64,000 nucleotides of DNA from Thermoanaerobaculia bacterium (lineage in GTDB: Bacteria; Acidobacteriota; Thermoanaerobaculia; Thermoanaerobaculales; Sulfomarinibacteraceae), in assembly GCA_027067575.1 (NCBI GenBank), contig JAMOVQ010000179.1:8885-72884 (forward strand), read 5' to 3'. The notes below the pieces were generated by a model that saw only the letters and a program-made list of their open reading frames with translations, did not search any database and had not been told where the DNA came from. Numbering within the stretch: position 1 is the first letter of the stretch; each line of letters starts with the position of its first letter. Below are positions 59,364-64,000 of this stretch, piece by piece. The translations under genes and the position numbers were made by a program.

Positions 59364-60728
59364 ATGCACCTCCGTTCCGGCGTCTGTCTCGTCGCCATGG
59401 CGATCCTCGCCGGTGTCCACGGCGCAGCGATGGGGGAAGAGCCCCCCACCGTCCCCTACCGGCGGACCACCATCCGGATCGATGGCGACCTCGGCGACTG
59501 GGCGGAACCGTTCGTGACTATCGATCTCCGGGAACCGGAGCCCGCACCCGACCCGAATACCGTCCGGGTCCACCTGGCATGGGACCGGGAATGGCTGTAC
59601 ACGGCGTTCGACGTCACCGACGGACGGCTCGTCCCGCCTCCGGACGGCGTACATCCGGCGGGCCTGTACCAGGGGGATTCCGTCGAGCTGTACGTCGACG
59701 GAAGGGGCAACCGTTCGGCCATGATGGACGCCGACGACTTCCAGTTCCTCGTGGCGTGCGACGGCCGGAGCGCCACGCTCCAGGGGGATCCGATCCTTGC
59801 ACGGCTCAAGATCCTGGAGGTCCCCAAGGTCGAACGGCCGAGCCCGGGGATCCGGAGCGCCGTCCGGATCCGGAACGGCGGGTATACGGTGGAGATGGCG
59901 GTGCCCCTGGCATCGATCCTGGCGGGCAGATCCCCGCACCGCGCCGTCATCGCCTACGACGTGGCGGTCAACGACTGGGACCGGCGCCATCCGGCCGTCG
60001 GCGATGTCACGCTGGACGACCTCATCGAGGCAGCCCGGAGCGAGCTCCGGGGCGAGGAGGTGCCCGGAGAGGAGGGTCCCGATCCGTTCGAGAAGGCCCG
60101 CACTCTCGGGTACCTCCCCTGGTCGCTCTGCAACGGACGCGATTTCGGCCACCCGGCCACCTGGCGCCTGGCGACGCTGTCGGGATCCCCCCCGTGGCCA
60201 GAGCGCCTGACCGACCGGTTCGGGGTGGCCCGGACCATCGGCGCGGCGGTCCTCGCCACGGCGGTCGCCTGGCTTGCCCTGCTCACGCTCCAAGAGATCC
60301 GCCACCGCCGGCGGGTGCGGGCGCTCCTCGAACGGCTGGAGCCACGGCCCGCCCCCGGCGCGGTCCGGGCCCCCGAGACCCCATCCTCCACCGGCACGGA
60401 CGCCATCCGCGACCCGGTGGTGCGGAAGGCGGTGGCGCTCGTCCGGGAGCAGCTTGGCGAACCGCTTGGCCCCGGGGAGCTGGCCACCGCCGTCCACGTG
60501 TCGCTGAGAACGTTGCAGCGCGCGCTCGACCGGGAGCTCCACTGCACGCCCCGGGAGCTGATCGTCGGCTCGAAGATGCGAGCGGCGCGTGAGATGCTGG
60601 CCTCCGGGGAATACCGAGTCAACGAGGTGGCCACACGGGTCGGGTTCGCGGATCCCGCGCACTTCTCCCGGCGGTACAAGGCCTACTTCGGAGAGTCGCC
60701 CTCTCGGGCGATCCCCGGCCGGAGCTGA
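59364..60728 (+). CDS. Transmembrane AraC-family regulator with extracytoplasmic CBM9/DOMON-like domain
   Basis: The signal peptide is CLVAMAILAGVHGAA. The exported domain (IRIDGDLGDW...WDREWLYTAFDVTD...GDSVELYVD...GGYTVEMAVPL) has the carbohydrate-binding family 9-like pattern. The TM helix is IGAAVLATAVAWLALLTL. The C-terminal AraC HTH is VNEVATRVGFADPAHFSRRYKAYFGESP. Confidence 0.75.
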   Translation: MHLRSGVCLVAMAILAGVHGAAMGEEPPTVPYRRTTIRIDGDLGDWAEPFVTIDLREPEPAPDPNTVRVHLAWDREWLYTAFDVTDGRLVPPPDGVHPAGLYQGDSVELYVDGRGNRSAMMDADDFQFLVACDGRSATLQGDPILARLKILEVPKVERPSPGIRSAVRIRNGGYTVEMAVPLASILAGRSPHRAVIAYDVAVNDWDRRHPAVGDVTLDDLIEAARSELRGEEVPGEEGPDPFEKARTLGYLPWSLCNGRDFGHPATWRLATLSGSPPWPERLTDRFGVARTIGAAVLATAVAWLALLTLQEIRHRRRVRALLERLEPRPAPGAVRAPETPSSTGTDAIRDPVVRKAVALVREQLGEPLGPGELATAVHVSLRTLQRALDRELHCTPRELIVGSKMRAAREMLASGEYRVNEVATRVGFADPAHFSRRYKAYFGESPSRAIPGRS

Positions 60729-60767
60729 ACCCCGGCCGGAGCCGGGTGGTCCGGAGAGTGTCGCCGC

Positions 60768-62588
60768 TCAGTCCGCCTCCGGGTGCAGAGCGCGGTGGAC
60801 CCGCGCCGCCAGCCGGGGCCCCAGGACGGCCCGCAGCTCCTCGATCGAGGCGCCCTCCACCCCGCGGACCGAGCCGAACCGCGTCAGGAGCGCCCTGGCC
60901 CGCGCGGGGCCGACCCCGGGGATCGCCAGGAGCTCGGTGGTCAGCGTGGTCTTCCGCCGCCGTCTCCGGTGGCGGGACACGGCGAACCGGTGCGCCTCGT
61001 CCCGGATGCGCCGCAGGAGCAGGTGGACCGGATCGGACCGGTCGATCTCGAGCGGCTCGTCCCGCTCGGGAAGCCAGACGAGCTCCTCCCGCTTCGCCAG
61101 CGCGGCCATGGGGAGCTCGAGCCCCAGCACCGCCACCGCCGCCCGGGCCGCGTTGAGCTGGCCCGCCCCCCCGTCGATCAGGACGAGCCCCGGCAGGGGG
61201 CGGTTCTCGTCCCGGAGCCGCCGGTACCGCCGCCCCACAGCCTCGGCGATGGCTGCGAAGTCATCCACGCCCTCCACGCCGCGAATGGTGAAGGTCCGGT
61301 ACTCCCGGCGGGCCATCCGGCCGTTCCGCCAGACGACGCAGGAGGCCACCGTCGCCTTGCCCGAGGCGTGGGAGATGTCGAAGCACTCGACGGTGTCCAC
61401 CGGTCCGGGCAGCCCGAGGACCTCCCCGAGCCGCCGGCCGATGACGCCCGCGCCGTCCGCCCTGCGGAACCGGAGGTCGAACGCCGAGCGCGCATTCTCC
61501 ACGGCGAGCTCCACCCGGCGCGCCCCGGCTCCCCGCCGCGGCACAACCAGCCGGACCGCACGGCCCCGGCGCTCCCGAAGCCACCGTTCCAGCACCTCCC
61601 GCTCGTCCCTCTCGACCGGGTGGGCGAGCTCTACCGAGCCTGGCACCTCCGGGTTGTGCCCGTAGAACTGGGGCAGGAACGCCGCGAGGAGCTCCCCCGC
61701 CCCCACGTCACCGACACCCTCGAAGTGGAACTCGCGCTTGTCCACGAGCTTCCCCGACCGGAACGGGAGGACGCACACCGTTGCGTGCTCGCCGTCGGCG
61801 TGGACTGCGAAGACGTCGGCGTCGCCCTGTCCCGGCTGCTCCACATCCTGGCGTTCGCGGAGGCGTCTGACGATGGCGACGAGATCCCGCAGCCGCGCCG
61901 CCCGCTCGAACGCCTCCTCCCGGGCCGCCTCCCACATGGCCGCTTCGAGCCGCGGGAGCAGCTCCCCGTGCCGGCCGGAGAGGAAGAGGAGCAGCTCGTC
62001 CACCGCCTCCCGGTACGCGGCCTCCGTGGTCATCCCGGCGACGCACGGTGCGAGACAGGCACCCATGTCGTGGTAGAGGCAGGGCCGTTCCAGCGACCCG
62101 TCGATCTCGAGGGCACACGTCCGGACAGCAAACCGGGTCCGGGCGAGCTCCATCAGGCGCCGGGCCATCTGGTGCCCCATGAACGGTCCGAAGGAGGTGT
62201 GGCCATCCCCCTCGCGGACGGTCCGTGTCAGCTCGACGCGGGGCCACCGCTCCCCCGTCGTGACACGCAGGTAGGGGTACGTCTTGTCGTCCCGGAGCAG
62301 CACGTTGAACCTCGGCCTGTGCCGCTTGATCAGCGTGTTCTCGAGGACCAGCGCCTCGACCTCCGTCGAGGTCACGGTGAAGTCGAGTGCCGCCGCCAGC
62401 GCCATCATCCGGCGGGTCCGTTCGGCGAGCCCCGTCCGGCGGAAGTAGGAGAGCACCCGGCGGCGGAGCACCCGGGCCTTCCCGACGTAGAGCACACGCC
62501 CGTTCCGGTCGAGGAACCGGTAGACGCCGGGGCGCTCCGGGGCGCTCCGGGCCGTCACGAGGAGGGGGTGTTCCGGCGTCTCCGTCAT
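60768..62588 (-). CDS. uvrC: Excinuclease ABC subunit C
   Basis: The GIY-YIG motifs are GVYRF...VLYVGKA. A UVR domain, an RNase H-like endonuclease domain and a C-terminal (HhH)2 (LLAIPGVGPARARALLTRFGS) follow. Confidence 0.95.
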   Translation of the reverse strand: MTETPEHPLLVTARSAPERPGVYRFLDRNGRVLYVGKARVLRRRVLSYFRRTGLAERTRRMMALAAALDFTVTSTEVEALVLENTLIKRHRPRFNVLLRDDKTYPYLRVTTGERWPRVELTRTVREGDGHTSFGPFMGHQMARRLMELARTRFAVRTCALEIDGSLERPCLYHDMGACLAPCVAGMTTEAAYREAVDELLLFLSGRHGELLPRLEAAMWEAAREEAFERAARLRDLVAIVRRLRERQDVEQPGQGDADVFAVHADGEHATVCVLPFRSGKLVDKREFHFEGVGDVGAGELLAAFLPQFYGHNPEVPGSVELAHPVERDEREVLERWLRERRGRAVRLVVPRRGAGARRVELAVENARSAFDLRFRRADGAGVIGRRLGEVLGLPGPVDTVECFDISHASGKATVASCVVWRNGRMARREYRTFTIRGVEGVDDFAAIAEAVGRRYRRLRDENRPLPGLVLIDGGAGQLNAARAAVAVLGLELPMAALAKREELVWLPERDEPLEIDRSDPVHLLLRRIRDEAHRFAVSRHRRRRRKTTLTTELLAIPGVGPARARALLTRFGSVRGVEGASIEELRAVLGPRLAARVHRALHPEAD

Positions 62589-62607
62589 CCGGGGGACGGG
62601 CCGCTCG

Positions 62608-62922
62608 TCACGGCCCCTCGAGCTCGAAGATCGAGGTGTCCGGCTTCGAGCCCGGCGTCACCACGCGGCGCGGGTCGGCCAGGTCCTCCCGGATCAGCAG
62701 CTCGATCAGCAGGTCCCGGACACCGGCCCGGCCGTGCTTCGCGTACACACGCCTGACCTGTACCGGACTCAGGCTGATCCCCGTCATGTGGTGCAGGTAC
62801 TGGCAGAAGACCCGCGGTCTCGAAAGGAACGAGACCACGAGCAGGATGAGCAGAACGAAGGCGGCCAGCGCCATCAGGAGCGAGAGCTCCATCTCCGGTG
62901 TCATCGAGCCGAGGAATCCCAT
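62608..62922 (-). CDS. Small membrane protein, unknown function
   Basis: The single TM is LSLLMALAAFVLLILLVVSFL. It lies between ftsK and uvrC on the same strand. No motif was recognised. Confidence 0.4.
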   Translation of the reverse strand: MGFLGSMTPEMELSLLMALAAFVLLILLVVSFLSRPRVFCQYLHHMTGISLSPVQVRRVYAKHGRAGVRDLLIELLIREDLADPRRVVTPGSKPDTSIFELEGP

Positions 62923-62950
62923 GGTCGCGCCTCCCGATCTCCCGCCGGCC

Positions 62951-64000
62951 TCATTCGCCGTCGGACCCGTTCAGGGCCTTCGTCGCATCCACCTCGTCGA
63001 AGAAATCGGGCGGCACGAGCACCTCCCGCCCCTTCGACCCGTTGAGCGGACCGACCAGTCCCTCCTCCTCCATCATGTCGATCAGCCGGGCCGCCCGGGT
63101 GTATCCCAGGCGAAGCCGGCGCTGAATGAAGCTCGCCGACGCCTTGCGTGTCTTGACCACCAGGCGCGCAGCCTCCTCGTACGCAGGGTCGTGCCGGGCC
63201 TCCCCGTCGTCGCCGCCGGACCGCCCAGAGCCCTGCTCCGCAGCCGGATTGTGGGTCAGGACCTCCCTCTGGTACTTCGGCTTGCCAAACCGCTTCGTGT
63301 GCCGCACCACCCGGGCGATCTCGACCTCCGTCACGAGCGGCCCGTGGATCCGCTGGAGCGCCGAGGTCCCGGGCGAGAGGTACAGCATGTCGCCCCGTCC
63401 CAGCAGCCGTTCCGCGCCCATGGAGTCCAGGATCGTCCGGGAGTCCGCCCGAGTGCGGACCTTGTACGCGACCCGGCACGGGAAGTTGGCCTTGATCGTC
63501 CCCGTCAGCACGTCGACCGACGGCCGCTGGGTGGCGCAGATCAGGTGGATCCCCACCGCCCGCGCCTTCTGCGCGAGCCGTGTGATCGACTCCTCCACGA
63601 CCTTCGAGCTCGCCATCATCAGGTCCGCCAGCTCGTCGATGACGATGACGATGCTCGGCATCCGTTCGGGTTCCGGCGCCTCCTCCCCCGGCGCGCCCAG
63701 CGCCAGGATCTCCTTGAGCGCCTCTCGGCGCGTGGGATCGCCCAGCGCCGCGTTGTACTGCTCGAGGTTCCGGACCCCCGCCGAGGCCAAGAGCCGGTAC
63801 CGGCGTTCCATCTCCGCCACGGCCCAGGCCAGGGCGTTGGCCGCCTTCTTCGGATCCGAGATGATCGGCGTCAGCAGGTGCGGAATGTCGGCGTAGACAC
63901 CCAGCTCCACGACCTTGGGATCCACCAGGATGAACTTGACCTCGTCGGGGTGCGCCTTGAACAGGATCGACATGATCATGGCGTTGATCCCGACGGACTT
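62951..64000 (-). CDS. ftsK: DNA translocase FtsK/SpoIIIE, C-terminal motor and gamma domains (5' end beyond window)
   Basis: The reading frame continues past 63979 (..KSVGINAMIMSILFK). LVDPK, IVIVIDELADLMM and ATQRPSVDV are present. The C-terminal winged-helix gamma domain is SASFIQRRLRLGYTRAARLIDMMEEEG. Confidence 0.9.
   Translation of the reverse strand, partial: KSVGINAMIMSILFKAHPDEVKFILVDPKVVELGVYADIPHLLTPIISDPKKAANALAWAVAEMERRYRLLASAGVRNLEQYNAALGDPTRREALKEILALGAPGEEAPEPERMPSIVIVIDELADLMMASSKVVEESITRLAQKARAVGIHLICATQRPSVDVLTGTIKANFPCRVAYKVRTRADSRTILDSMGAERLLGRGDMLYLSPGTSALQRIHGPLVTEVEIARVVRHTKRFGKPKYQREVLTHNPAAEQGSGRSGGDDGEARHDPAYEEAARLVVKTRKASASFIQRRLRLGYTRAARLIDMMEEEGLVGPLNGSKGREVLVPPDFFDEVDATKALNGSDGE

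Noticed and set aside
1-64000. Mobile elements, prophage, defence islands, rRNA operons
   Set aside because: I recognised no integrase, transposase, recombinase, terminal inverted repeats, restriction-modification, toxin-antitoxin or cas motifs. The only tRNA (36467-36542) is followed by a terminator and an ordinary LpxL-family gene, not by an integrated element.

Overview
The window is a very GC-rich chromosomal segment from a diderm (Gram-negative-type) bacterium. Supporting genes include an Omp85/TamB-type protein, an LpxL-family acyltransferase, PBP1A and System I cytochrome c maturation. I support about 55 protein-coding genes, one tRNA-Ala(CGC), a few promoters and terminators, one candidate sRNA and a pair of paralogous intergenic repeats. 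I see no rRNA, CRISPR array, transposase, integrase or phage genes. Most long ORFs in the six-frame track are GC-driven antisense artefacts; real genes were chosen by recognisable motifs, SD sequences and ATGA/GTGA coupling. Housekeeping content: rarA (partial), carD, malQ, prolyl oligopeptidase, thiolase, glmS, pepA, an M24 peptidase, folK, proC, uvrC, ftsK (partial) and ccmABC(D)EF. The strongest finding is a candidate selenium locus at 43.6-48.0 kb. An exported DUF1573-type protein has an in-frame TGA exactly where the first Cys of the family CGC motif belongs, giving a U-G-C motif, with a hairpin just downstream. It is divergent from yedF and a class V aminotransferase, and is followed by a ClpX-like ATPase that lacks the zinc finger, the GYVG pore loop and the IGF loop. 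Other notable items follow. (1) A single 1935-aa ORF fuses a TamB-like protein to a TamA/BamA-like POTRA plus Omp85 barrel. (2) An orphan lasso-peptide-type B2 protease and PqqD/RRE pair has no cyclase or precursor nearby. (3) A promoter-to-terminator unit of about 170 nt looks like an sRNA. (4) A roughly 130-145 nt intergenic element occurs twice. (5) The ccm operon is a variant System I with a CxxxY (Cys-type) CcmE and no ccmH. (6) A phasin gene has a consensus promoter overlaid by three TGCCGC-N3-GCGGCA operator-like sites, next to WS/DGAT and SCP2 genes. (7) Two secreted proteins carry dockerin-like modules: a plant-type LRR protein and a zinc metalloprotease. All family assignments come from reading motifs by eye and from memory of the families. 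No database search was run.
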